From positions 139,526 through 203,525 of the forward strand of contig DAHVNA010000001.1 of assembly GCA_027319565.1 (NCBI GenBank): DNA of 64,000 nucleotides, in the 5' to 3' direction. The notes under the pieces are model-generated. The model made no database searches and was not told the origin of the DNA. It was given only the letters and a program-made list of their open reading frames with translations. Both the position numbers and the translations under genes were made by a program. This DNA comes from Elusimicrobiota bacterium. Lineage in GTDB: Bacteria > Elusimicrobiota > Elusimicrobia > UBA1565 > UBA9628. Below, piece by piece: positions 29,358 to 40,600 of this stretch (position 1 is the first letter of the stretch; the number at the start of each line of letters is the position of its first letter).

Positions 29358-30422
29358 ATGATGAAGGAAAAACTCTTCAAATTCCGAAAATTCCGATGGG
29401 GAATTGGGTTTCTCGCGTTATGGATGGGGTTTCCCGTTTGGGCTCTTGAGTCTTCCGCGCGCTTTGAAGAGCCGGTTCCAATTAATTTACATTCTTTTTC
29501 CAATGCCGTCCAACCCAATGATGTTTTGCCCGATCTGGGAAATTCTCCGAAAGAGATTTCTTTCCCAAGCGAAATTTTTCATAGAAAAGAGCGCCTTTTA
29601 AGTCCTCAGGTTCCTTTAGCTAGACCCCATGATCTAGCAGACAACGATCCTGCTCGGGGCTTTGTGCCATTTGAGAGAGTTGTCGAAAATTCCCCAAAAT
29701 CCGTATTTCAGACGAAAACCGCTTCTCGCCTCAATCAGGAGTCGTTTAAAAGTCCTGTTAGCGGCGGGGTTCTTTTTGACGGCGCTCAAGAAAAAGAGGG
29801 GCCGTGGAAATACGATTTGGAGGGAGCGTTGTGGTTTTCCGGTCAACAGGCGCAACTGATAGGTTCCGGTTCTTATGGGCGCGTTTTTGCGCATCCCGCT
29901 AATCAAGACTGGGTCGTTAAAGTGATTCACGGCAGCAGGATTTACGGGGCGACCGCGTTTTATGAACATCCGGAATTTTCCAATCTTGAGAAATTGTCTC
30001 AAGCCCATCTTTCTCCGCGCCCGATAGATACGGGTCTCATAAATGGCATTCCCTATATTATTTCAGAGCGGGTGCATGGCGCGACCTTAGGAGACATCAT
30101 TGGCGAGAAAAAATTTGGCATTAGGGAGTTAAAATTATTGCGGCAGATGTTTAACTCTCTTTTAAAGAGCCGGTTTTCCATCGTCGATCTAACCCCCAGC
30201 AATGTCATGTTGGGGCATACGGCGTCTAATCCAGAACCCCAAGCCTATATTATTGACGCGGGGCTTTTAACTTCGATTAGCGTTTTTGCTAATCCTTTTA
30301 TTGATATCCAAGATTTGGTGAAAGATTGCAACGATTTGCTACGCCGATCAGGGAGCGTTCGAAAAATCGAGTTTGCGCGCCGGGAGATTGGTCATAAAGC
30401 CGCGCTTTTTTTCTCGCGTTAA
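29358..30422 (+). CDS. Signal-peptide-bearing protein kinase-like protein
   Basis: Signal ..GFPVWA; low-complexity leader to VLFDG; IGSGSYGRVF, VVK, DLTPSN, IIDAG. Confidence 0.8.
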   Translation: MMKEKLFKFRKFRWGIGFLALWMGFPVWALESSARFEEPVPINLHSFSNAVQPNDVLPDLGNSPKEISFPSEIFHRKERLLSPQVPLARPHDLADNDPARGFVPFERVVENSPKSVFQTKTASRLNQESFKSPVSGGVLFDGAQEKEGPWKYDLEGALWFSGQQAQLIGSGSYGRVFAHPANQDWVVKVIHGSRIYGATAFYEHPEFSNLEKLSQAHLSPRPIDTGLINGIPYIISERVHGATLGDIIGEKKFGIRELKLLRQMFNSLLKSRFSIVDLTPSNVMLGHTASNPEPQAYIIDAGLLTSISVFANPFIDIQDLVKDCNDLLRRSGSVRKIEFARREIGHKAALFFSR

Positions 30423-30426
30423 TTTA

Positions 30427-32640
30427 ATGAAGATATCTGCTCAAATTCTGTGGAGCCTTTTTCTTTTGATTTCTGCTCCCTTTTCTTATGCCGCTTCCGG
30501 CTGGGTTGAGGCGGATCCTGCGGGAGGCTTTTCAAAATATAACCCGGCGACCGTCGACCGGATTGAGTTTGGGAATCAATTTCAGAATCAGGGAATGGAT
30601 CAATGGTGCGATCGATTCCCTCTCATCGTGCCCCTCAGTCAAGACTTTGTCAACGGTTTGGGGCCGGGAAGTTTGTTGGTCGGGGGAACTTTTTCGGGAA
30701 CTAGACAATTTCTCCGCTATCCCGATGGCAGTCTTGCTCTCAACGATCAATTGGAAATTAAATTTCAAAGCGGATATGCGATGACCGCCGTCAAGAGCGC
30801 GGCAGGCATTTCTCAGAGGGCTTTAGGGGTTTACGCGGGGGTTTCCGTCGATGGGCAGTCGATTGTCACCCGTCCGCTTCACACCGCTGACTCTTGCAGC
30901 CAGGTCAAACGCCTTCTCAACGTGCTTGACTTTAAAACCGTTCTCCCGCTCAATGCCAAGAGAATTTCAAAAATGGAAGTGGGGGAATTGTGGGAAATTC
31001 CGCTGGTCTATCAGATTTCTTTTGAGCCTTTGGACGCGGCCCAGGTCCTGGAAACTCCGGGGTCTTTTACGCCTTTTTCCGCTTATTTCGCGATAGGCTT
31101 GTCTAAAACCGCGGACCCCACCGTGACTCTTTTTAGAAAATCTTCGCACGATTTGCGCCTCAAAATCCATTTCGATCAATTTAAGACCGTCAGCGCTTCC
31201 GGCGGAGCGGTCGTAGGGCCGATTCCAGCCACCGATATTGGAACTCCGGGAATTGAGTCGCTTTTATCGAACATGCTTCCGAATCTTATCTCGAATCCCG
31301 CGCTTAAACTTTTAACGCGAGAGGTGGATGATTATCTCGCGGCCCAGATTGCGGTTTTAGTCTCTCAAGAGCGCGGCGGGCAAATTTTACTCGAATACCG
31401 CTTGGATCCCGCCAATCAAAAACAGATGGAAGAACTCGCCAAGCTTTTGAAAGGCGATTTGAGCGTTCTTTCAGCGATGAAAAATCTGTTGGTCGACTGG
31501 AGGGGACGAGAAAACAAAGATATCGAAAAAACCCTCAACGCTTTAAGGCAAAGGCATTTGGAACATTTGCGCGTTTCCGAATCCTTGTCCGGTTTTGATC
31601 ATTATCGACAGAGTCTTAAAACGCTCAATTTTTCGGTTCCGTTTCTTTTTAATTACAGCGGCTCGGTCGCGCGGAACACCGATCATTATGTGATCGCAGC
31701 GCCCCGAGGTCTTGAGTTCTATTCCTATAAGTCTCAAAAACAATCGAATTGGGGATTTTTAAAGCCCCCGATTGTGGGCTCTTCGTTGAGGCATAATCAG
31801 AGTCAAAGCGTGCAATCCCTTGTTTTTCTCAATGCGCGCCACGCTTCTAAAAATAAGGATGAGCAATTAATAGTTTATAACCGGGAAACCGGCATTTTGC
31901 GCTTGGGAGATATCCAGCAGGAGTTGTCTCGAATTGATTCTTTGATTGCCTCTATCGGGTCTCTTCAAAATTTTCCGCCTGAGGCGGAAATTCCCAAAAA
32001 ACTCAAGGATCTTGTTTCCGGTTCCGAACATAAAGGCTATGCGGAGTTAAGCGTGATTTTGACTCCAAAAGCGATTCATCAAATTATTTCTTCTTCCTCG
32101 GAATCTGTTCTCCGTGCCTTTGAGCTTTCGCTTTCCGGCGGCAACCGCGCGGTCTTTGACTATGCCCTCAAATATTCAAGATTATCGGCCGATGGCAGCC
32201 TGCATTTTAAGCGTTCTTTTGTCCGACACTTGGACGAACTGAATTTGCCGGATCCAACCCGAAAAAGGCCGGAAATGGTTTTATCCAAGGCCGGGGTTTT
32301 ATTTCACGAAGTCGAGCTTCTAATTTCTGATTTAAAGAGAGCGAAAAACATTCCTTCTCCGGAACAGCAATCAAAAGAGATTCTTAAGATATTGGACGGC
32401 AGTTCCCATTGGTTTGAGTCTTACTCTGGATATGGCCGGGTGGTTGAAGTTCTGTTGCGTCTTGCGCCGCGAGACGGGGTGGCCGCCGATTTGTTTTTCC
32501 ATGTAGACAAAAAGAAAACCGATTCCTCAAACCCGAGCAAGCGCTATTTATTTAGCCCAGATATTCTCAGCCAGGCTTCTCTGCGCGCGATTAGCGCCGT
32601 TGAGCGTTCCTTTATGCCGCCGACTTCGCTCAACGATTGA
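30427..32640 (+). CDS. Large exported hypothetical protein (about 737 aa from ATG 30427)
   Basis: MKISAQILWSLFLLISAPFSYA signal peptide; long open frame directly after the kinase. Confidence 0.8.
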   Translation: MKISAQILWSLFLLISAPFSYAASGWVEADPAGGFSKYNPATVDRIEFGNQFQNQGMDQWCDRFPLIVPLSQDFVNGLGPGSLLVGGTFSGTRQFLRYPDGSLALNDQLEIKFQSGYAMTAVKSAAGISQRALGVYAGVSVDGQSIVTRPLHTADSCSQVKRLLNVLDFKTVLPLNAKRISKMEVGELWEIPLVYQISFEPLDAAQVLETPGSFTPFSAYFAIGLSKTADPTVTLFRKSSHDLRLKIHFDQFKTVSASGGAVVGPIPATDIGTPGIESLLSNMLPNLISNPALKLLTREVDDYLAAQIAVLVSQERGGQILLEYRLDPANQKQMEELAKLLKGDLSVLSAMKNLLVDWRGRENKDIEKTLNALRQRHLEHLRVSESLSGFDHYRQSLKTLNFSVPFLFNYSGSVARNTDHYVIAAPRGLEFYSYKSQKQSNWGFLKPPIVGSSLRHNQSQSVQSLVFLNARHASKNKDEQLIVYNRETGILRLGDIQQELSRIDSLIASIGSLQNFPPEAEIPKKLKDLVSGSEHKGYAELSVILTPKAIHQIISSSSESVLRAFELSLSGGNRAVFDYALKYSRLSADGSLHFKRSFVRHLDELNLPDPTRKRPEMVLSKAGVLFHEVELLISDLKRAKNIPSPEQQSKEILKILDGSSHWFESYSGYGRVVEVLLRLAPRDGVAADLFFHVDKKKTDSSNPSKRYLFSPDILSQASLRAISAVERSFMPPTSLND

Positions 32641-33375
32641 TTAGAACCCGACGCCAATGTTAAGCTCGTAGCCGGAAATGCCATGGAATATCATGTAGGC
32701 TCCTCTGAGATCCACAAAGGGGAAAGGGGTGATGTCGATGCCGGCCGCCAAACGCGAACCCGTGGCTGTTGCCGCGAGCCCATCAAGGCCAGCGATTTGG
32801 GCCGTGTTGATTGTCGCTCTAGTGTCGTCAAAGCCCGCGCCGATAAAGGGCTGAACGATCGGCAGTCTCCAGATCGCGCTGAGGTCTCCTGATAAATGAG
32901 TCATCGAAAAGGCGCTGTCGTTGATCATGTCTCCCATCGCGGAAACCTCGACCGTCGGTAAAAAGAAAAGGAGGCGGGATGGAGTGAAGAGTCCATAGCG
33001 AAGGCCTCCACCTAAAACCGTCGCGCCATCGTAGCTAAATCCATGAGCTACGACGTCTAAATGAAAGGGAAGCCCTAATGTTCCCTGAACCATTGGCAAG
33101 CCGAACGCCCCGGCGCCGCTGTTTTTTAGGACGATGTCATTTGAATTGGGGGCGGTTTGCGCTACTCCAACAAGTCCCAGGGAAAAACCGGGGAAACCAT
33201 CCGGCGCTGTCGGGTCAAATTCCGCGCCTCCAAGAACTCCTCCGATATCGAGCGCAAAAGGCTTGAGCGCCTGGGAATTGATGAGTGACGAAAATTGATT
33301 AAAGGGTCCCGCCCAGGACCATAGCGGCAAAGATAACGGCATTAACGCCAACAAAAACAGAAATATTTTTTTCAT
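32641..33375 (-). CDS. Putative outer-membrane beta-barrel protein
   Basis: Signal peptide, alternating Gly/aromatic strands, terminal YELNIGVGF beta-signal. Confidence 0.7.
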   Translation of the reverse strand: MKKIFLFLLALMPLSLPLWSWAGPFNQFSSLINSQALKPFALDIGGVLGGAEFDPTAPDGFPGFSLGLVGVAQTAPNSNDIVLKNSGAGAFGLPMVQGTLGLPFHLDVVAHGFSYDGATVLGGGLRYGLFTPSRLLFFLPTVEVSAMGDMINDSAFSMTHLSGDLSAIWRLPIVQPFIGAGFDDTRATINTAQIAGLDGLAATATGSRLAAGIDITPFPFVDLRGAYMIFHGISGYELNIGVGF

Positions 33376-33408
33376 GAAGAAAGGATATCAAAATTTTAGG
33401 AGAAATCT

Positions 33409-34611
33409 TTAATGAGATTTGAAAATGTCGGCTAAGGTCGTTAGTATGACGATATTTTTTGCCCCGGAATAGGACAGGCCGTTGATGAGGCGCATGGCAT
33501 GTCTCCAGGATTTTTTGCAAGTATTGAGCTCGTTTGAATATTTGAGAATTTCATTGCGGATTTCTTGCCGCATCGTCTTTGACCAATAACGCTTGGCCCT
33601 AGAATAGTTATCCTTGGCCTTTTGATATTTTTCCATGGACAATAAAAATTGCTTATGGCCGGAGTCGAGCAAATCCAGAACTTTTTCTTTGAGCGTTGGG
33701 GTGGGCAAGATTTCCAGTTTTTGCTTAGCTTTTTCCATTTCCACTTCCAGACGAGCTTTGAGAATCAGCGGTTCAGGAACGCTTCTTAGTTTTTTGGATA
33801 GACCGATAGCCTGGGTCGTCCACAGCCACCATTTGGTGATATCGAACTGATGCCAGTAAATTCCATTTCTCCAATCCGCCGGAAATTTGTGATGAAAATT
33901 GTGATAACCCTCGCCGAATGTCAAAGGGGCTAAAAGCCAGTTGTCGCGAGCCGAGTTACTCATTGAATAGGGCTTTCCGCCCCAAACATGGGCGGCGGAA
34001 TTAATCAGGAAGGTCATATGATGAACCACGACCATTCTAAAAAGGCCGCCCCATAAAAACCCGCCGAGAGGGTGTCCCAAGATTAGGCCCAGCATTGTCG
34101 GCAGTCCAAAAGAGACCGCGACGACTAAAAAAGGGTACCAGCGGTCTTGCCAGAGAACAAGAGGATCTTTCGTTAAGTCCGGGGCGTTTTTCTTTCTCTG
34201 TTCCGCGAAGGGATCGGTGTAAAAAATCCACCCCATATGGGCGTAGAAAAAACCTTTTCCGATATTGTAGGGATCTTTTTCGCTGTCGACATACCGGTGG
34301 TGATCGCGGTGATCCGAGGCCCAGCTAAGAACTGAATTTTGGGCCGCCGCCGCGCCAAAAATGAGATAGAAAAGCTGGAGGGGTTTGCCGCATTCATAGC
34401 TTCGATGGGAATAGTAGCGGTGGTATCCGGCGGTGATAGAAAGACCGGTGGCCAAATACATAAGCGCGAACACGAAGAGATTGGCCCATGGAAATCCGTA
34501 ATGGATTAAATACCATATCGCTCCCAAGAGAGCGGCGGTTGGAGTGGATGTCAGCCAAAAGAGATTGAGGTAGTTGATTTCTCTTTTTGGCTGTTGTGGT
34601 TGGGTCTCCAC
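33409..34611 (-). CDS. Membrane fatty-acid (delta-9 type) desaturase
   Basis: His boxes HRYYSH, HRDHHR, GEGYHNFHH; INSAAH. Confidence 0.93.
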   Translation of the reverse strand: METQPQQPKREINYLNLFWLTSTPTAALLGAIWYLIHYGFPWANLFVFALMYLATGLSITAGYHRYYSHRSYECGKPLQLFYLIFGAAAAQNSVLSWASDHRDHHRYVDSEKDPYNIGKGFFYAHMGWIFYTDPFAEQRKKNAPDLTKDPLVLWQDRWYPFLVVAVSFGLPTMLGLILGHPLGGFLWGGLFRMVVVHHMTFLINSAAHVWGGKPYSMSNSARDNWLLAPLTFGEGYHNFHHKFPADWRNGIYWHQFDITKWWLWTTQAIGLSKKLRSVPEPLILKARLEVEMEKAKQKLEILPTPTLKEKVLDLLDSGHKQFLLSMEKYQKAKDNYSRAKRYWSKTMRQEIRNEILKYSNELNTCKKSWRHAMRLINGLSYSGAKNIVILTTLADIFKSH

Positions 34612-34618
34612 AAAGGGC

Positions 34619-35932
34619 CTAGTAGCGGTAATTCTCGGTCTTGTAAGGTCCTTTGGGGTTAATTCCTAGATATTCCGCCTGTTTTTGATTGAGTTGCGTC
34701 AGATGAGCTCCGAGCTTATCTAAATGGATTCGCGCCACTCTCTCATCGAGCAGTTTGGGCAGGGTATAGACCTTGTTTTCGTATTTCTTATTCTCGCGAT
34801 TGGACCATAATTCGATCTGGGCGAGAACTTGGTTGGAAAACGAGATGCTCATCACAAAGGAGGGGTGCCCCGAGGCGCATCCAAGGTTCACTAAGCGTCC
34901 TTCGGCCAGGACGATCAAAACTTTTCCATCCGGCCAGGTGAATTGATCGACCTGCGGCTTGACCGTCGTTCTTTTGAGTTTTTTGTCGTTCATTAAAGAA
35001 GCGACATCAATTTCAAGGTCGAAGTGCCCGATATTGCAGACGATCGCGTGGGATTTCATCGCGTCCATATGCTTTTTAGTGATGACATCGCAGCAACCGG
35101 TGGCGGTCACGAAAATATCTCCGATGGGAGCGGCTTCATCCATCGTGATGACGGAAAAGCCTTCCATGGAGGCTTGGAGAGCGGTAATAGGATCGATTTC
35201 GGTCACTAGAACTCGGGCCCCCATTCCTTTAAACGATTGCGCGCAGCCTTTGCCGACATCTCCATATCCGCAGACGACCGCGATTTTCCCCGCGATCATG
35301 ACATCGGTGGCGCGTTTAATGCCGTCCAAAAGCGATTCTCTGCAGCCGTAGAGATTGTCGAATTTAGACTTGGTGCAGGAATCATTGACGTTAATGGCCG
35401 GAACCTTGAGTTTTCCTTGGGCCTCCCGTTGATACAGGCGATGAACCCCGGTCGTGGTCTCTTCCGACAAGCCGGCGATATCTTTTAAGAGATGGGGATA
35501 CTTGTCGTGAATAATGTTTGTCAGGTCGCCGCCGTCATCGAGCAGAAGATTGGGGCCGAGTCCGCCTTCAAATTGGAGAGTTTGCTCAATGCACCAATCA
35601 TATTCCTCAAGAGTTTCTCCCTTCCAGGCAAAAACGGGAATTCCCGCTTGGGCAATCGCCGCGGCGGCATGATCTTGAGTCGAGAAAATATTGCAAGAAC
35701 TCCAGCGGACTTCCGCCCCCAATTGAATCAGGGTTTCAATTAAGACAGCCGTTTCAATGGTCATATGGAGGCATCCGGCGATTCGTGCCCCTTTGAGCGG
35801 TTTTTTGCCGCGATATTCCGCCCTTAAAGACATCAGCCCTGGCATTTCCGCTTCGGCTAAAGCGATTTCCTTTCTTCCCCAATCGGCAAGAGTGATATCT
35901 TTGACTTTGTAATCCATGGCGGCGGTCGGCAT
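34619..35932 (-). CDS. ahcY: S-adenosylhomocysteine hydrolase (start reassigned to ATG 35932)
   Basis: [53 protein letters not shown] before ATG 35932. Confidence 0.97.
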   Translation of the reverse strand: MPTAAMDYKVKDITLADWGRKEIALAEAEMPGLMSLRAEYRGKKPLKGARIAGCLHMTIETAVLIETLIQLGAEVRWSSCNIFSTQDHAAAAIAQAGIPVFAWKGETLEEYDWCIEQTLQFEGGLGPNLLLDDGGDLTNIIHDKYPHLLKDIAGLSEETTTGVHRLYQREAQGKLKVPAINVNDSCTKSKFDNLYGCRESLLDGIKRATDVMIAGKIAVVCGYGDVGKGCAQSFKGMGARVLVTEIDPITALQASMEGFSVITMDEAAPIGDIFVTATGCCDVITKKHMDAMKSHAIVCNIGHFDLEIDVASLMNDKKLKRTTVKPQVDQFTWPDGKVLIVLAEGRLVNLGCASGHPSFVMSISFSNQVLAQIELWSNRENKKYENKVYTLPKLLDERVARIHLDKLGAHLTQLNQKQAEYLGINPKGPYKTENYRY

Positions 35933-36030
35933 AAATTTCTCCTTCCCAAGGCGAGACTTGGGCATTTTTTTACTAGCACTAACCACTTTATTGTAGCAAA
36001 ACTCGCTATTGATGAGATACAATAAATGTC

Positions 36031-36624
36031 ATGAATAAAATCAACAGCCGTATTGCCGAGGAATTGACGGAAAGCGGGCGGGTCATCTCTCAGTCCGCTC
36101 AAATGGCCCCTTTGCTTGAGAAAGTAGCCGAAGAATTGGTGTCTTGTTATCGTCGCGGCAACAAGATATTGACTTTTGGAAATGGCGGATCGGCTTGCGA
36201 TGCCCAAAATTTCGCCGACGAACTCGTTGGCCGTTTCGAGCGCAATCGCCCACCCCTTCCGGCATTGGCTTTGACCACTAACACTTCGGATCTCACCTCA
36301 ATATCCAACGATTTCGGTTATGAGGTTGTCTTTGCAAGGCAACTTGAGGCCCATGCCAAGCCCGGAGATATCGCGGTGGCGATATCGACCTCGGGAAACT
36401 CCAAAAATGTCCTTTTGGCCGCAGAAGCGGCAAAAAAATTAGGGCTTTTAGTCATCGGTCTTTCTGGAGAAAGCGGGGGGAAACTCAAAAATATCGCTGA
36501 CTTCTGCGTTTGCGTCCCGTCTAAGACCGTCGCGCGCATCCAAGAGGCGCATATCGCCATCATTCAAATCTGGTGCGGGATTATTGAGGACTCTCTTTTC
36601 CCGAATGCGCCAAAAGCCCATTGA
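36031..36624 (+). CDS. gmhA: D-sedoheptulose-7-phosphate isomerase
   Basis: GNGGSACDAQ, SNDFGY, STSGNS, RIQEAH. Confidence 0.95.
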   Translation: MNKINSRIAEELTESGRVISQSAQMAPLLEKVAEELVSCYRRGNKILTFGNGGSACDAQNFADELVGRFERNRPPLPALALTTNTSDLTSISNDFGYEVVFARQLEAHAKPGDIAVAISTSGNSKNVLLAAEAAKKLGLLVIGLSGESGGKLKNIADFCVCVPSKTVARIQEAHIAIIQIWCGIIEDSLFPNAPKAH

Positions 36625-37103
36625 GACCGGCGATGGGAGAGATCGTTTCTTTAAAGACAGCCGCGCTGATCCGCCAAAGCCTGAAAAAAAAACATAAGAC
36701 GGTTGTTTTTACCAATGGAGTCTTCGATATTTTGCACGCCGGTCATGTTCAGGTTCTGGAGCGGGCTAAAAAAATGGGAGATGTTTTAATTCTAGGCCTT
36801 AACCGCGATGAGTCGGTTCGCCTATTGGGAAAAGGCCCGGGCCGCCCGCTCAACCGCTTTAAAGACCGTGCCCGAGTTTTAGCGGCATTGTCGGCTGTTG
36901 ACTACGTCGTTGGGTTTAAGGAAAAAACCCCTGAGAAGACGATTCGGGTTTTAAGGCCCGATATCCTGGTTAAGGGCGCCGACTATTCAAAAAACCAAAT
37001 CGCGGGCGCCGCCTTTGCCGGGAAAGTCGTCCGTATCGCGCTTAAAAAAGGCTATTCAACGACAGCCCTGGTCAAAAAAATTCAGGGGTTATCCGCCGCC
37101 TGA
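36621..37103 (+). CDS. rfaE2: Heptose-1-phosphate adenylyltransferase (RfaE domain II)
   Basis: FTNGVFDILHAGH, KGPGRP, PDILVKGADY, GYSTT. Confidence 0.92.
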   Translation: MRPAMGEIVSLKTAALIRQSLKKKHKTVVFTNGVFDILHAGHVQVLERAKKMGDVLILGLNRDESVRLLGKGPGRPLNRFKDRARVLAALSAVDYVVGFKEKTPEKTIRVLRPDILVKGADYSKNQIAGAAFAGKVVRIALKKGYSTTALVKKIQGLSAA

Positions 37104-37633
37104 GTTTTCGCCGGTTTCTTTTTTTGGCGCGTTTTTGACTGGGGCGATTTAATTTTTTCCTTGCCCTTATTATTGGCGTTTAATTTTTCAAGCTCCGCGA
37201 TTTTCTCTTGCGCTTTTTTAACGTCTTTGAGTAGCGGGCTTGAAGGGTGGGATTTTTCAAACGCGCTTAGATCCGCTTGGGCTTGTTTGAGCTTTCCGGA
37301 GACGACTTCCTTAACGGCGGCGGCGAATTCCTTTCGTTCTTTGAGAGTTTGTTCTCTTTGGGAAACATTAGATTTCTCCCAAGTTGGTTGATTGAGTTTG
37401 GAGAGGTCTTGTTTGCTTCCGCGCACAGCCGCGACCGCGACTAAGTCGTTTCTATTTTCGTAGCTTTGTCCTACCGATGAGGCGGAGAGGCTTTGTTCCA
37501 GTTGAGTAAACCAATTCATCAGTAGTGTCGTGGTCGATTGCGCTTTTTGAGGCGGTGGCGCCTGTCCTTCGTCAGCCTTCGATGAACCGACGGCGAAGAC
37601 GCTCAACGCGAGCGCAAGGATTATTTTTTTCAT
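37082..37633 (-). CDS. Exported helical hypothetical protein
   Basis: MKKIILALALSVFAVGSSKA signal; AVAAVRG motif; TPR-like FEKSHPSSPL; coupled to the upstream gene. Confidence 0.75.
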   Translation of the reverse strand: MKKIILALALSVFAVGSSKADEGQAPPPQKAQSTTTLLMNWFTQLEQSLSASSVGQSYENRNDLVAVAAVRGSKQDLSKLNQPTWEKSNVSQREQTLKERKEFAAAVKEVVSGKLKQAQADLSAFEKSHPSSPLLKDVKKAQEKIAELEKLNANNKGKEKIKSPQSKTRQKKKPAKTQAADNP

Positions 37634-40600
37634 GGGTTTCCCTCCTGAAAATTCTTGACCAGGATCTCAACCGAAGGGCCGTAGGAGGGGTCAAGCTCCT
37701 GTATCTGTTTTGCGGATTCGGAAACTTTCCGCGCGTTTTTAAGATGGATTTCGGTTTTAAGGAAGTTCATCCAGATATCGGGATTGCCGGGGTCGTTGAG
37801 CGCGGCTTTCTTATACCAACTCTCGGCCTTATGGTATTGGCGCTTTAAAAAGTCGATGTTTCCAAGATCGTTATAGGCGGCCGGGCTTGTGGAGCTAATG
37901 GCCAAGGCCGATTTAAAACTTTTCTTGGCGGCACTGATATTTCCATCTTCATACTCCCAAACCCCCAAGGCCAGGCGCGGATCGATGAGAGAGGGGTTTT
38001 CGGCGATTTTTTCTTCAAGCCTTTTCCGAATTGATCGGTAGGCCGCATGAAAGAGATTTTCGGAATTTTCTTTGACGAATTTATCGACCGCTTCCATATT
38101 CGGTATCTCCACCTTCCAGTCAGTGGGCGGCATGGTCACGGGCTCATATGTTTCCCAGGCTTTTCGCACATCGATGATATGAACGTCGCCTTTCTTTGAC
38201 TCGGTTTTATAAGAATAGGCGGCGTTTCTTACGGCGTCGATAAAAGATTTTCCTATCAATGTCGACTCGACAGGGACCCAATAGGTTCCCTCATAACTAA
38301 TCAAGCTGTCCTTAGGAAAAGCGGCATCGGTCCAAGAGGAGGCGCGGGTATCAAACATAAAGGCCATATGCCCTGGATAGTCGATAATGGCGGCGTGAAC
38401 ATTGTCCGCGTCAAGCATGGAGATGAATAGAGTCGTTAAATCGTCGCATTGTCCGCTTTTTCGCCGAAGAGTTTCCCGTGGAAATTGCGCATAGTCAATC
38501 GGGAAATTGGGGTTGGTTGAAATTTTCTCAAAGGAGTTCGTCGGGTTTTCCGCGTATTGCATGCCGTAAACCCCTAAGGCTTCCCACAAACGCATGGCGG
38601 CCAAAACATTGGAATTGAGGGCTGAGGCATCGGGAAAATTTTCCTGATGATTGAGAATCTCTCTCTCAAAATCAAATACGGGCGTATCGTTGGGAGTGAT
38701 GAAATTGGCGATTCGGCGCGGGTCTTGCCAGGTAATGGCATTGCGGGAATAGACGGTCAGCGGCTGGGCAAGAGAGATCGTTTTCTTTTTGTTTTTTTCG
38801 AAATAGGTCAGCGTCAATTTCGCCTGAATGGGAGTTTCCTCCGTGACATCGAGGATGGTATTGTTTAAAGTCGCGATCAGAGGGACGACAATCGAGGACA
38901 TGGAGTCCAATTTTTTAATGCGTATGTCGTATCCAAAGTCCATGTAATTTTTGATCTGGAAGGTCAGCTTGAGGTCGTTAAACGGCACATCGGAATTGTT
39001 CGTGATGGTGGCCGAGCCGATGGGATTTTTTAAATACCACTTATAGTTGGCCGGGAATATTCCGGACAATGTTATAGAGGAGATGGAGATTTTCGGGCGG
39101 TTGGCGCTTTCCCCATCAATGGCCTTGATCGCCCGGCTTTGCGTGCCAATATCTCCGGTTTTCGCCTCGGTGGCCAATCGGTAGTAATAGACCTGTCCTG
39201 ATTGGGCGCTAGAGTCTGTAAAGTGATTTTTATCGGTTGTCCCAATTTGCATGAAGTTTTCATAGCGCTTGTCGGAGCGGTAAATAAGGTAATCCTTGGT
39301 CCATGAATTTTTGACCGGTTCCCAGGAAAGCTCTATGACGCCTTCTTTGGCGGCGGTTGATATCGAAAGAGGGGCGGATAGGGAAGGGTGGATATGAAAT
39401 GAGAGGATATGTTTTTGCAATCGGTCTGAAATTCTCAGAACTTGCTTGTCTACCGATAGAGAGACGGGATCTCCAATTAAACTGCCCGAAAAGAAATCCA
39501 TAATCCAGCGTCCATTGGTCGAAAAAGAAGAGACGCGCTTGAGAGCATGGTCTAGGACATAGATGTAGTTTTCTCCATCAAAAGCCAAGGCGATTGGATC
39601 TTCGAATTTTCCGGGAGCTTCGCCCATTTCTCCCCAGGAGCTGATGAGTTCTCCGGAAGGATTGCATTTAAACACCTTTTTAAGTTCCCGGTCGAGGAAA
39701 TAGACAAATCCCGCGTTGTCCCAGGCGACAGAGACCGGCTTTTCAAGTTCAAAAGAGCCGAGTTTAGGGCCAATTGAAAAGAGAAAAACTCCGTCTGGGG
39801 TATAGGCATCGACCCGGTGATTTCCCGGATCGGCGATATAAACCGTTCCCGCACCATTGACCGCAAGCCCCAAGGGCTTTCGCACGCGCCCTTCTTTTGA
39901 GAGCCCATCAAACCAACCGCTGGGCTGCGCGATATTTTTGTCCCATTTCCAAGCGCCGGAGGAATCTGAGACAAAGTGTTCTATGCGGTGTCTGGGCGCG
40001 TCTGAAACGTAAAGCCCAAGGGTCGGATCAAGAGCAAGGCCGGTCGCTTTCCATGTTTGATCGTCTTTTTTGCCTTTTTTCCCGAATTGAGAGAGAACAT
40101 TTCCCGAAGAATCGAGAACGGCAAATTTCCCTTTTTTCGGCAAATAAATATAGGTGCTCGATTGGTTGATCAAAATCGGGTTGGCTGAAAAATTCCAGAT
40201 GGCATCCGGCCCCGAGGGAAATAGCTTGGTGGTGGCGCTGGGATGAATGGGGTGAATCTTGAATTTGTTGGCCACTGAAACGAGATCCACGGTCTTTTTT
40301 CCGCCGTCTAGGATAACCAGATTTCCGTTTTGGGCTATATCAATTGATTTTAGCCTTTTAAATTGCCCGGCTCCCGAGCCGCGGCTCCCAAAATGCCCTA
40401 ACTCGGCGCCGTCCGGGCCCCATTCCGTGACCCTTCCTCTGGCCGCGGAAATTCCATAGATAAAACCATAGCGATCGACCGCAAAATCTTGTCCGTTAAA
40501 TGGAATGGCGACTAAAAAATGGGCGGAGGAGTCAAACTCCTCAATGCGTTCGTTCGAGCGATCGAGGACGTAAATTCTGTCGGAGGCGTCAACGGCGATT

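Noticed and set aside
35933..36022. 30-aa N-terminal extension of AhcY in the ORF track
   Set aside because: A strong RBS precedes ATG 35932 and the extension overlaps the divergent promoter region.
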